Positions 19,383 through 27,882 of a stretch of 53,656 nucleotides of DNA are shown piece by piece. The translations under genes were made by a program, and so were the position numbers. Every line of letters starts with the position of its first letter. The stretch's first letter is position 1. Location of the stretch: positions 1-53,656 of the forward strand of contig JBKHVI010000013.1 in NCBI GenBank assembly GCA_046570105.1, read 5' to 3'. The notes beneath the pieces are model-generated. The model worked only from the letters and a program-made list of their open reading frames with translations, was not told where the DNA came from and searched no databases. This stretch comes from Bacteriovoracia bacterium (GTDB lineage Bacteria; Bdellovibrionota; Bacteriovoracia; Bacteriovoracales; Bacteriovoracaceae).

Positions 19383-20471
19383 TCATTGAGCACCCCAGAT
19401 CACATCAAACATTGGCTGATCACCATCACAGCCAAAGACGCGGATGATTTGTTTAATTTGGCGCTTCTCCACAAACACCACCACGCCGACGTTGCGACTT
19501 ACAAGCCGCAACACTTCTTGATAACTCATATCTTTCTGACCACTCGCTAAAACAAAGAGCTGGGCGACTCGCAAAAGTGCATCCATGGCACTTGAGGCGT
19601 GCAAGGTGGAAACAAGACCTTTGTGGCCGGTGTTCATGGCGAGCAGATAAGGGATAACTTCATGAGAGCGCATTTCACCCACCACGATGCGATCTGGTGA
19701 GAGGCGAAGGGCGTGAGCGAGATAATCACTCAATGATCTTCCTGGTAGTTTACTTGAGAGCATTCGTGTGAGCCGCGGCAGCGCTGCTGAAATTTCTTGG
19801 GTGTCTTCTAAGAGCACCACATGATCGTCCTGATCTATTTCTGCCAGAAGTGAACTCAAGAGTGATGTCTTACCTGAACCGGTCGCTCCGGCCACCAGAA
19901 TATTCTCTCGGTTCATCATGAGGGTTTTTAAAAGGTCTTCTCCTTCACTATCAAGTGAGAAGGAGTTCAGTGGATAAGCGTTGACTGTTAGTTGACGCAA
20001 AAAGACTTTAGATTTGCCCGTTGGCCCAATCGAGCCGTGCAGAAGAGTCGCGCGCCATTCGGTATTTTGAAATTTCAAATGAGCGGATCCGCACGGATTG
20101 GTGAAATTGAAATCAAGCTTTAGTCTACATGCCAATGTTTCCACCCACAAATCCCAATCTTCTGGTTGAAGAGGAGATGAAATCAACTGGCGAGAGCTTC
20201 CCACCGCTTCGATCAGTTGAGTGTGATGGCAAAAAATTTCGCGCACATCGTTTGTGACACCTTCGATAATCCATTCAAGACTCATACAATGAACCCAAGA
20301 TGAAATCATCTCCGGAGTCTGCTCAGGAAAGGCGATCTGCCAGTCAGCTTCGAGTTCCGCTTGAGTGTGAATGACTCCTTTGTCCAGTGAGCGACGCCAT
20401 TTTTCTCTGAGCCACCACAGTTCATCGACACGACCGGGAAGATTTTGGGTTTCTTTAAAAAGAGCGAGCAT
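19383..20471 (-). CDS. cpaF: TadA/CpaF-family pilus assembly ATPase
   Basis: GATGSGKTS, LEDTQEI, ALRLSPDRIVVGEMR, MNTGHKG..STLHA. Confidence 0.88.
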   Translation of the reverse strand: MLALFKETQNLPGRVDELWWLREKWRRSLDKGVIHTQAELEADWQIAFPEQTPEMISSWVHCMSLEWIIEGVTNDVREIFCHHTQLIEAVGSSRQLISSPLQPEDWDLWVETLACRLKLDFNFTNPCGSAHLKFQNTEWRATLLHGSIGPTGKSKVFLRQLTVNAYPLNSFSLDSEGEDLLKTLMMNRENILVAGATGSGKTSLLSSLLAEIDQDDHVVLLEDTQEISAALPRLTRMLSSKLPGRSLSDYLAHALRLSPDRIVVGEMRSHEVIPYLLAMNTGHKGLVSTLHASSAMDALLRVAQLFVLASGQKDMSYQEVLRLVSRNVGVVVFVEKRQIKQIIRVFGCDGDQPMFDVIWGAQ

Positions 20472-21745
20472 TATTCTTCCTCCACGATGAGATAGCCTTC
20501 AATGCGCTTATAGGTATTTTGTTTTCCACGTGAGCCAAAGATTGAACGTAGGATCGGTACATCACGAAGTCCTGGTAGATGCTGATTGTCTTCCGTTTTA
20601 CTTTGATAGCCGATTTGAAACAGGCGATAGACTTGGCCAGGTTTGATTACTACCGATGATTTCTCTTTTGAGCCGCTGATGCCACTTTCCTGAGGACGAG
20701 TGAATTCCGTTTCATAATCAATAATTAATTCACCATCGCGCTCACTCATTTGCGTTTGAATTTTAAGTCCCGCAAAGCGCCAATCAATAGGAGCTAAAAC
20801 TGTTCCTTGTTCAGGGCGAATATTTTGAAAGGGAATCTGAGCGCCGACTTCAATGAGATGTGGCTTGTTCAATCGAATCAGCGTTTCTGGCTCAGCGAGA
20901 GTCGACATCTCCAGTTGATTTTCAGCGAGGGCAAATTCATTGTCTTCAATAAGCTTTTTAAGACCATGACGAAAGAGATCAAGTGGCTTCGCGCGAAGAG
21001 AGGAGAGACCAAAGCTAATTTCTCTGCCATCCATGCTCTCGAGTTGGATGAGTTTAAACTTCATACGCAGATTGCCCTTCGCCCAGCGTGATTCGCGAGC
21101 AATAAACTTCACACCCCAGCGCTCTTTGAGAGATTGCATGATGTCTTTCGCGCGATCACCTGATTCATGAATGCACTCCATATCGAGGAAATGCGCCTCA
21201 CACGAGATGCGACGAATGCCGACGGCAAAGAGTTCGCGATAAATATCAGTGGCGATCAGGCGTTTGAGTTCATCAGAAATTGAAACATGAAACACCACAC
21301 GCTCTTTGTGCTGACCTTTTAAATGCTGGAGGTAGCGCCAGTTTTCGACGGTATGGATTTCTCCACTGGCCACCATCAAAGGGCCCTTGAGATCGAGCTC
21401 TAGTCCAAGATCCTTTAGGGTCTCAGAAAGCTGGATAGTTTTCAAAAAGGCGGTTTTAGAGAGGACATAAACTTGCACGCGCCGCTGGCCTTCTTTTTCC
21501 CAAATGACCAAGTCCGAGAAACCGACCTTCTTACCCTTAATTAGCAGTTTTCCGCCGTGAACGAAGGAAGTGACGACATCTTTGTTGCCGACAGAGTAGT
21601 TTTTGAGGTTTTTTAAGGGAATTTCCCGCTGTTCGCCCTTAGCGAGGATAAAATCCTCTGTTTGTGCAGCGCATGCCTCTTTGACAACCGTTAACGCGAG
21701 CACTATAACCAATGGACTTAATTTCAGAATCCAGGAGCATTCCAT
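20471..21745 (-). CDS. RcpA/CpaC-like pilus secretin (alternative start 21916)
   Basis: T2SS/T3SS pil_N-like GKKVGFSDLVIW; LAEPET..VGAQIPF and LPGLRDVPILRSIFG secretin motifs; signal peptide from MECSW. Confidence 0.8.
   Translation of the reverse strand: MECSWILKLSPLVIVLALTVVKEACAAQTEDFILAKGEQREIPLKNLKNYSVGNKDVVTSFVHGGKLLIKGKKVGFSDLVIWEKEGQRRVQVYVLSKTAFLKTIQLSETLKDLGLELDLKGPLMVASGEIHTVENWRYLQHLKGQHKERVVFHVSISDELKRLIATDIYRELFAVGIRRISCEAHFLDMECIHESGDRAKDIMQSLKERWGVKFIARESRWAKGNLRMKFKLIQLESMDGREISFGLSSLRAKPLDLFRHGLKKLIEDNEFALAENQLEMSTLAEPETLIRLNKPHLIEVGAQIPFQNIRPEQGTVLAPIDWRFAGLKIQTQMSERDGELIIDYETEFTRPQESGISGSKEKSSVVIKPGQVYRLFQIGYQSKTEDNQHLPGLRDVPILRSIFGSRGKQNTYKRIEGYLIVEEE
21681..21709 (+). 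promoter_or_regulatory. Near-consensus sigma70 promoter antisense inside the secretin gene
   Basis: TTGACA-17-TATAAC. Confidence 0.7.
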
Positions 21746-21902
21746 GGCATCACGTACCGCTATCACTGAAGCACGCCGTAAAGCAAAACACCGCGCTATG
21801 GGCGCAAAACGTAAAGCTGCTGACCGCAACAAGGGCACTACGCCTAAGTTCGCTGTCCATGAAGGTGCTGCTCCAAAGGCCGCCAAAGCTGCTTCTAAGT
21901 AA
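21744..21902 (+). CDS. 52-aa highly basic small protein
   Basis: RBS aggag (21733-37), own promoter, 15 K/R against 3 D/E, codons resembling the housekeeping genes. Confidence 0.75.
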   Translation: MASRTAITEARRKAKHRAMGAKRKAADRNKGTTPKFAVHEGAAPKAAKAASK

Positions 21903-21912
21903 TTCCCGCTTC

Positions 21913-22212
21913 TCATAAGAACACCCGCAAAGTTTCTTGAATGAATGATGGATCAACGGAGACCTGATAAAGGTCTCCGCTTGTGTCTATACATAAATGC
22001 CACGACATTGATTCGCGTTTAGTTGAACAGGGAGCAAGGCTGGCCTCCAGTTGAATGAATTCGCTGGGGATATGATAAGTCTCGGTCATTACCCGTTGAA
22101 TGTTTTGTGCTTCACTGCCACTTAACTCAATTCCAGCGGCATAAGAGACGACGATCACTCGAGCGTGCGTACTCACTGGTAAGAGCATTAATAAACTAAT
22201 AAGCAATTTCAT
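21913..22212 (-). CDS. Secreted Tad-locus hypothetical protein
   Basis: Signal peptide; operonic. Confidence 0.7.
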   Translation of the reverse strand: MKLLISLLMLLPVSTHARVIVVSYAAGIELSGSEAQNIQRVMTETYHIPSEFIQLEASLAPCSTKRESMSWHLCIDTSGDLYQVSVDPSFIQETLRVFL

Positions 22213-22597
22213 AACGAACTCCTTCTGATTTTCTGGTGGGCGTAATTTTTACCACAGGTATAAGCGCCCACTCGTCATGAATCAGAGCGCGAAAGTGTTG
22301 TTGATAAACTGAGCGAGGTAGCCAAAGAGTCACATGATCCTCAGTACGAGCAACCAGTTTAACTGGTCCCACTGTTTCGCCAGTTTGCTTTAAGAGCATG
22401 GCAATTTGATTTTTTTCAAAAGGCAGATGGAGTTGAGCTTTGATTTGTATCTCAAGTTCATCCGCTGCCATCGAGAAAGTTTTTTCTTCCACTGAGGCCG
22501 TTGGCCAAAAAAAGAGCAAGAGTAAACTGTTGATAATAACTGCGGCTGCAAATAAACGAAGTGCCAGGGCACGACGGGTGAGTTTAGGGGCGCTCAT
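22196..22597 (-). CDS. Tad-locus bitopic membrane protein (position of CpaB)
   Basis: Start MSAPKL after RBS ggag; N-terminal TM. Confidence 0.6.
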   Translation of the reverse strand: MSAPKLTRRALALRLFAAAVIINSLLLLFFWPTASVEEKTFSMAADELEIQIKAQLHLPFEKNQIAMLLKQTGETVGPVKLVARTEDHVTLWLPRSVYQQHFRALIHDEWALIPVVKITPTRKSEGVRYEIAY

Positions 22598-22745
22598 AAG
22601 TTTTCTCCCATTTTTTCCAAGCGGATTCAAACTTATGAACATCTTGGCGCATAAGTTTGTTGTAGTGACTGTGCGTGAGATGAATGCCCGTCAGCAAAAG
22701 CCCTGCCGCGAGCGTCCAAAGAGAAAAAAATAATCCAGGATTCAT
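22584..22745 (-). CDS. 53-aa pseudopilin-like small membrane protein (absent from the ORF track)
   Basis: MNPGLFFSLWTLAAGLLLTGIHL...YERP*; ATGA overlap with the upstream stop; RBS ggag. Confidence 0.65.
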   Translation of the reverse strand: MNPGLFFSLWTLAAGLLLTGIHLTHSHYNKLMRQDVHKFESAWKKWEKTYERP

Positions 22746-23296
22746 TGCACGCTCCATTGGATTTTTGGATTAAGCGTATTTTCTAGCTTCCAAGTCGCCA
22801 GATAAGTTACGTAGGGTGTTTTCATGCGATAACTCTCTTCAGTTTTACGAAGCATCACTAAATCAAATTCGCGCTTAAATTTGATCTTATGTTCATAAGG
22901 GGAGAGCTGCCATTTGAGAGGAAGCGCACAACCTTCTTGGCGCAGAGAGAGCCACTCTTTTTGCGCCCACCAGAAGGTGGCTTCTTGCAGTCCCATCAAA
23001 ATCTTTTTTACTTTCTCCCATTTGAGCGCTGCTACCCAACCCATCCCTGGGAAGAAGAGACCGATTCCTTGACCGACTTTTCCGGCGGCGAGCATACCGT
23101 TCAAGACATTAATTCTTCTTACCATCTGATTAGTGATGCCCATGGCGCGCTTGAGACAAAGTGTTTGGCGATGATGCTCGCGCGTTTTATGCAGGCGCCA
23201 CTGCCACACTACTATTTGAGAACTCAATAAGAGGCCTAAGAGCATGAGGAGAACAAAACCAGGAGCTTCCAGGAAGCCTTTTTGATTATTAATCAT
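22742..23296 (-). CDS. TadG/TadE-like pseudopilin
   Basis: NQKG|F prepilin-type cleavage site followed by a hydrophobic helix. Confidence 0.65.
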   Translation of the reverse strand: MINNQKGFLEAPGFVLLMLLGLLLSSQIVVWQWRLHKTREHHRQTLCLKRAMGITNQMVRRINVLNGMLAAGKVGQGIGLFFPGMGWVAALKWEKVKKILMGLQEATFWWAQKEWLSLRQEGCALPLKWQLSPYEHKIKFKREFDLVMLRKTEESYRMKTPYVTYLATWKLENTLNPKIQWSVQ

Positions 23297-23510
23297 GGAA
23301 GCGACCTTTAAATGTCCAAGATACTAAACCGCCACGACAGGTACTAAAAAACGGCAGCGCACGACTTTCGTCTTTGAGACTTTCACCGACTTTAGTCACC
23401 GTCAGTTTCCAGCGCTGACTTTGGCAGATTGAGCGATGCGAGAGCTCAAACAGCATCAGCGTGGTGATCAGCATGGCGGTGGTGGTGAGGGTGGCAGTCA
23501 GCGAGATCAT
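23289..23510 (-). CDS. TadE-like small pseudopilin
   Basis: Hydrophobic N-helix, 2 Cys, immediately after flp. Confidence 0.5.
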   Translation of the reverse strand: MISLTATLTTTAMLITTLMLFELSHRSICQSQRWKLTVTKVGESLKDESRALPFFSTCRGGLVSWTFKGRFHD

Positions 23511-23512
23511 GG

Positions 23513-23689
23513 CTAGTTCTTGTCGATTTGAATGTTTTCTGTGATCTGGCTTTTCATGTTTTTAATGCGGGTATTGATGGCCTCACCGAACTGCTTCACT
23601 GCGATTAGGCACATAATGCCAACTAGCCCCGACACAATGACGTACTCCATGAGGGCCTGGCCTTTTTGGTTCTGTTTCAAAATCTTCAT
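23513..23689 (-). CDS. flp: Flp family type IVb/c pilin (58 aa, absent from the ORF track)
   Basis: MKILKQNQKG|QALMEYVIVSGLVG..., the Flp G|xxxxEY motif; RBS aggag. Confidence 0.9.
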   Translation of the reverse strand: MKILKQNQKGQALMEYVIVSGLVGIMCLIAVKQFGEAINTRIKNMKSQITENIQIDKN

Positions 23690-23837
23690 ATAAACTCCTG
23701 GGTTTTTGGTTATTGCTACCAGGCCGTTTCACCACAGAAAGGGGGAAGAAGTCGTGGGGGCAGTGCTATTCTTGAGAGGATAATTCAAGTTTGAAACAGG
23801 GATTGTGCGGAATCAGGACGGGTATTAGAATAGTTAC

Positions 23838-24443
23838 ATGGAAGAAAATGCCAAAGTCTTTGTATTCGAGAAGAAAGAAATTTTTCTGATCTTCGTGTTC
23901 GTCGTCATCATGAGTGTGACTTGTTTCACTTTAGGGGTGAATCTTGGGAAAAAACTCGCCCTGGAGAAATCCGGCGTGACTGAAGTCGACACAAAAACAG
24001 TCGAAATGAAATCAACCGCTGAAGAAGACGTGGAAGAAACTCTCGCCCAACCTCAGTTGAGCGATGAAGAGAAATTGAAGCAGTTGATGGAAGAATCTAA
24101 AGAGAAGCTCAATACTGAACTCCAGCAATTCGGTGGTGAAGAAAAGAAAGTAGAAGCAGGCGTTCCTACTACTTCAGAAGTAACGACGGCCACGAAAGAG
24201 ACCGGTAAATATACTATTCAATTAGGTAGCTATAGCACCATGGAAGATGCCAAGCAGTTCGCTGAAGGCTTTACCGTGCGAGGTTATAACCCCACCATCA
24301 ATGAAGTCATCATTGCAGGTAAGGGGACTTGGTATCGCGTGAGTTTGGGCCTTTTTGCCAATGTGCAAGAGGCGAAGGACTACGTAAAAAAAGAGGCGAC
24401 TCTCTTTCAAGGCCAAGACTATGTCATCTCGGAAATCAAATAA
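23838..24443 (+). CDS. SPOR-domain membrane protein (FtsN/DedD-like)
   Basis: N-terminal TM; C-terminal YTIQLGSY...WYRVSLGLF. Confidence 0.88.
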   Translation: MEENAKVFVFEKKEIFLIFVFVVIMSVTCFTLGVNLGKKLALEKSGVTEVDTKTVEMKSTAEEDVEETLAQPQLSDEEKLKQLMEESKEKLNTELQQFGGEEKKVEAGVPTTSEVTTATKETGKYTIQLGSYSTMEDAKQFAEGFTVRGYNPTINEVIIAGKGTWYRVSLGLFANVQEAKDYVKKEATLFQGQDYVISEIK

Positions 24444-25196
24444 CTAAAATTCGATTTTGATTTTAAATGGAATCATACCGGCGCCTGCACCAGTTGCGTA
24501 GGCGTCGTGCTTATCGACCGTGTGGTTCTTAGGACGCTGTCTATCGTAGAGCACTTCTTTTAGGACGCCGATGATAAAGCCTGAAAGAGGGCCCGCGGCC
24601 GAGATTATTTGTTTTTTTGTGTCGTACTTCATCCCACTATCTTTCACCATAAGATAGGCGACAGTGCTCGCTCCAATCGAAATTGGCATACCGACATAGG
24701 CGTGCAGATTTTTATCTTTCACATTGCCGTAATGTTCACGGGAGATGATTGTACCGATAACGGGTCTAGAAAAGACTTCTTCAGTGAAGAGTTCTTGGGC
24801 CTTGAAATCAAATTTTGAATCCGCAATGTAGATATCCTTTGGCACTTGGCCTTGGTAGGCGAGTTGTAGGATTTCATCTTCACCCATGACTCTTTTTAGT
24901 AAAAGCTGGGCGTCAGGATTGTCACGATCAGTAAGTTTATTGAGGTTAAAACAGTGGGGTCTTTTAAAGGCCTGAGGCTCATCGTTTCTTAAGCGATTAA
25001 GCGCGAGGGTGGCCTGGAAATCGTCTTGGATACTTTTCTCATCGATACATACATGAGTATTGACGGTGAAACTTTTAAGCGTGAGGTCGAGTTTCTGAAG
25101 CCCCTCTTGTTGCTCAAAAACATCAACTGCTGGAAGGCAGGGAGAAGCAGTGGCCATGAAGCTATGAAGCGAAAGTATGGCGATGAGATATTTCAT
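24444..25196 (-). CDS. Secreted/membrane hypothetical protein with a YfiM-like C-terminus
   Basis: Signal peptide; DKNLH...KE..D...D..ATGAG pattern. Confidence 0.5.
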   Translation of the reverse strand: MKYLIAILSLHSFMATASPCLPAVDVFEQQEGLQKLDLTLKSFTVNTHVCIDEKSIQDDFQATLALNRLRNDEPQAFKRPHCFNLNKLTDRDNPDAQLLLKRVMGEDEILQLAYQGQVPKDIYIADSKFDFKAQELFTEEVFSRPVIGTIISREHYGNVKDKNLHAYVGMPISIGASTVAYLMVKDSGMKYDTKKQIISAAGPLSGFIIGVLKEVLYDRQRPKNHTVDKHDAYATGAGAGMIPFKIKIEF

Positions 25197-25213
25197 GCGT
25201 TCCTTAAGAAGGC

Positions 25214-25777
25214 TTACTGACGTTTTTTAACTCCGCTATCCAGCGCACGGATGAACGCCGGAACTTGCGCTTCAATCACTTCACGGATTGAGCCGCCCAA
25301 CATTCGACTATAATCATTACCTTTGATCAAACGTCCTGAAACACGGCCTTTAACAAACGATGGATTTACTTCTTTCAAGCAAACCTCGGCAATTAGGCCA
25401 TCGATACTATCGTAAACAATTCCATCTGAGCCGGCCAAGTCAAAAGTCGCTTTGAATCCAACTTCTCCATTTAGACAAATTTCGCTAGAAAATTCACTAT
25501 CAAGAGTGCCCTTCACAAAAACGGATTTACTGATGAAAGCAATTTTTTTTGTGGCAGTGAAGGTGATCTGATTGCCCGTCACTTTGCGATTGCTGATAGT
25601 GCCACCTTGAGGTTCGAAAATTTCTAAGACTTCGGCCGGGGATAACAAAAGTTGTTCGAGATGTTGAAGAGCTGCCTGGCCGCGTATTTCGAAGCTTTGT
25701 TCCTTGATCGGAAAATGAGTCACAGCAAAGCTTGAGAAAGAGACCATCAAGAGAGTGAAAATGGCTAAATATTTCAT
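25214..25777 (-). CDS. Secreted hypothetical protein
   Basis: Signal peptide MKYLAIF...SFA; RBS gagg. Confidence 0.7.
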   Translation of the reverse strand: MKYLAIFTLLMVSFSSFAVTHFPIKEQSFEIRGQAALQHLEQLLLSPAEVLEIFEPQGGTISNRKVTGNQITFTATKKIAFISKSVFVKGTLDSEFSSEICLNGEVGFKATFDLAGSDGIVYDSIDGLIAEVCLKEVNPSFVKGRVSGRLIKGNDYSRMLGGSIREVIEAQVPAFIRALDSGVKKRQ

Positions 25778-25840
25778 ATAAACCTCGTGGCGAGGTTCTA
25801 CCATTCTTGGCAGTTCGTCTTAAGGCCTAAGGTAATAATT

Positions 25841-27136
25841 TCAGAGAGTCGGAAGGGGATAGGCCTGATCGACTCGCTTGAAGGTTTCATCGACGGCTTT
25901 TAAGTATACGGAATCTAGCGAAACCCCTTGAGGGAGCTTGAGGCCGCTCTCTTTCTCTAGGCGGGCATGGAAGTCAGCGGCATCAGTTGCCTCGAAAGCG
26001 GCCTTCTGAATAACAGCATAAAGCGCCTCACGGTGTGAGCCCCAGTTGGGTAAAAGCGCATGGAGATAGAAGCTTGAGAGTGATTGAAAGGCCCCGTCTG
26101 CCTTACTGCGAACACGCACTTCCTCAACATGCAAGAGATCGAGCTGACGAGAGAGGCGGCGAAGTGAATAGAGCCATAGGCCACAGAGATCCGGCAGGTA
26201 GAGGCGCTCAGCACTTGAGTGGGAGATATCTCGCTCGTGCCATAAGAGGACGTTTTCATGAGCGACGGTCAGGTAGCCCCGAATCAAGCGGGCGATACCG
26301 GAGAGATTTTCTGCTGCAATAGGATTCTTTTTGTGAGGCATGGTCGATGAGCCTTTCTGACCTGGCAGAAAGCCTTCATAGACTTCACCCACATCCGAGC
26401 GGTGAAGGTGACGAATTTCGATTTCAAAGCGCTCTAGGGCAGAGGCAAAGAGCGAAGCAATTGAGACAAACTTCGCTAAACGATCGCGGGGAACAACTTG
26501 TGTTGAAACGGGTTCAACTCCAAGACCCAAACGGGTAAGGGTTTTTGTTTCAATCGTAGGAGAGAGGACGGTGTAGTTACCTACGGCACCTGACATTTTT
26601 CCGGTGATTTCTGTTTGAGCGAATTCTTCGAGCTCTTGCAGACGACGGGAAAATTCCGCATAAGCGGAAAGAAATTTTTGTCCAAAACTCATCGGTTCAG
26701 CATACATCCCATGCGAGCGGCCGATGGTAAGCAGCATCTTATACTTTTCAGCTTTCTCACGCAGCTGAATCACTACGCGACGGTAGTGAGGGAGAATGAG
26801 TTCGATGGAGTTTTTGAGCTGTAGAGAGAGTGCGGTATCGATGATGTCTGATGAAGTACATCCGAAGTGAAACCACTTGGCATGCTCGCTCGAAAGCTCT
26901 TCAGTGATGCTGGTACAAAAGGCAATGACATCATGATGAGTGGTGGCTTCAATCTCGGCAACGCGCTCGGGACGAATACGCGCTTTGGCGCGAATATTTT
27001 GTGCCACTCCCTTAGGGGCAATGCCCGCTTCTTCAAGACTCTCAAGAAGCGCTAACTCGACCTGGAGAAAACAGGTGAATTTGGCCTCTTCAGTCCAAAG
27101 TGCTGTCATATCTTTTTGTTCGTAGCGAGGTACCAT
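25841..27136 (-). CDS. purB: Adenylosuccinate lyase
   Basis: HFGCTSSD, GRSHG, GSSTMPHKKNP, LWHERDISHSSAER. Confidence 0.95.
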   Translation of the reverse strand: MVPRYEQKDMTALWTEEAKFTCFLQVELALLESLEEAGIAPKGVAQNIRAKARIRPERVAEIEATTHHDVIAFCTSITEELSSEHAKWFHFGCTSSDIIDTALSLQLKNSIELILPHYRRVVIQLREKAEKYKMLLTIGRSHGMYAEPMSFGQKFLSAYAEFSRRLQELEEFAQTEITGKMSGAVGNYTVLSPTIETKTLTRLGLGVEPVSTQVVPRDRLAKFVSIASLFASALERFEIEIRHLHRSDVGEVYEGFLPGQKGSSTMPHKKNPIAAENLSGIARLIRGYLTVAHENVLLWHERDISHSSAERLYLPDLCGLWLYSLRRLSRQLDLLHVEEVRVRSKADGAFQSLSSFYLHALLPNWGSHREALYAVIQKAAFEATDAADFHARLEKESGLKLPQGVSLDSVYLKAVDETFKRVDQAYPLPTL

Positions 27137-27882
27137 TAGAAGATAAATCCTGTTTCAAGTGCGAACGTGTACCAACCCAATGAGAAGTAGCGGTCTTTAT
27201 CTAGCTCTACCCAAGCGAGGTTGTAGGTGAACTTGGCGCCATAAAAGAAACTCTTACGTGTTCTTTTATGAAGTCCGTAGTCGGCCGTCAAACCGTACCC
27301 TGTATAATTCTCCCCAGTGAAGCCTTCAGCGAGAGTATTATAGGTGGCAAAGGCCTGGACGGACTCAAAAACGTCTTCAGTCTTGAAGAAATCCAAGAAC
27401 ATTTTGAAGCGATAGCCGAAGCCAAGCCCTACGGAATTGAGGGTTTGTTCAGCATCGTTAGGACGCTGAAAAGCCGCTTCTCCGCCGCCTTCGTCGCTTT
27501 TGGTACTGATTTGATCCCATTGAGTGGCAGTACGACGGATGGTTCCGCCGACCCATAATTTGCTCCAGTTATCCATTCGGCGCAAGCAGGTGACTTCGAA
27601 GCCTAGGAGTTTTTGGAGGTACTCATACTGACCGTTTAAGTGCAAAGACGCTGACAATTTATTCCGATCAAGACCTGTGAAACGGCGTTGGTCTTTAATT
27701 CCGAGTTCAGTGTTAGTGATGTAAACCAAGCTTTCATCAAAGTCGTATTTGGCCTTCTTCTTAAAGAGTAGGTCTTCTCCACTCGGTTCTTTTTCTTCCT
27801 GAGTCAGTTCAAAGGCTTCGTCGGGATTTTCGTACGCGGCAAAGCACGAAAAAGAGATAAGGATTGCTAGGAGAAATTTCAT
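27136..27882 (-). CDS. Putative outer-membrane beta-barrel protein
   Basis: Signal peptide, amphipathic strands, terminal GFIF. Confidence 0.55.
   Translation of the reverse strand: MKFLLAILISFSCFAAYENPDEAFELTQEEKEPSGEDLLFKKKAKYDFDESLVYITNTELGIKDQRRFTGLDRNKLSASLHLNGQYEYLQKLLGFEVTCLRRMDNWSKLWVGGTIRRTATQWDQISTKSDEGGGEAAFQRPNDAEQTLNSVGLGFGYRFKMFLDFFKTEDVFESVQAFATYNTLAEGFTGENYTGYGLTADYGLHKRTRKSFFYGAKFTYNLAWVELDKDRYFSLGWYTFALETGFIF

Noticed and set aside
23690..23837. c-di-GMP riboswitch or sigma54 promoter upstream of flp
   Set aside because: No GEMM-like motif or convincing TGGCAC-N5-TTGC element could be identified.
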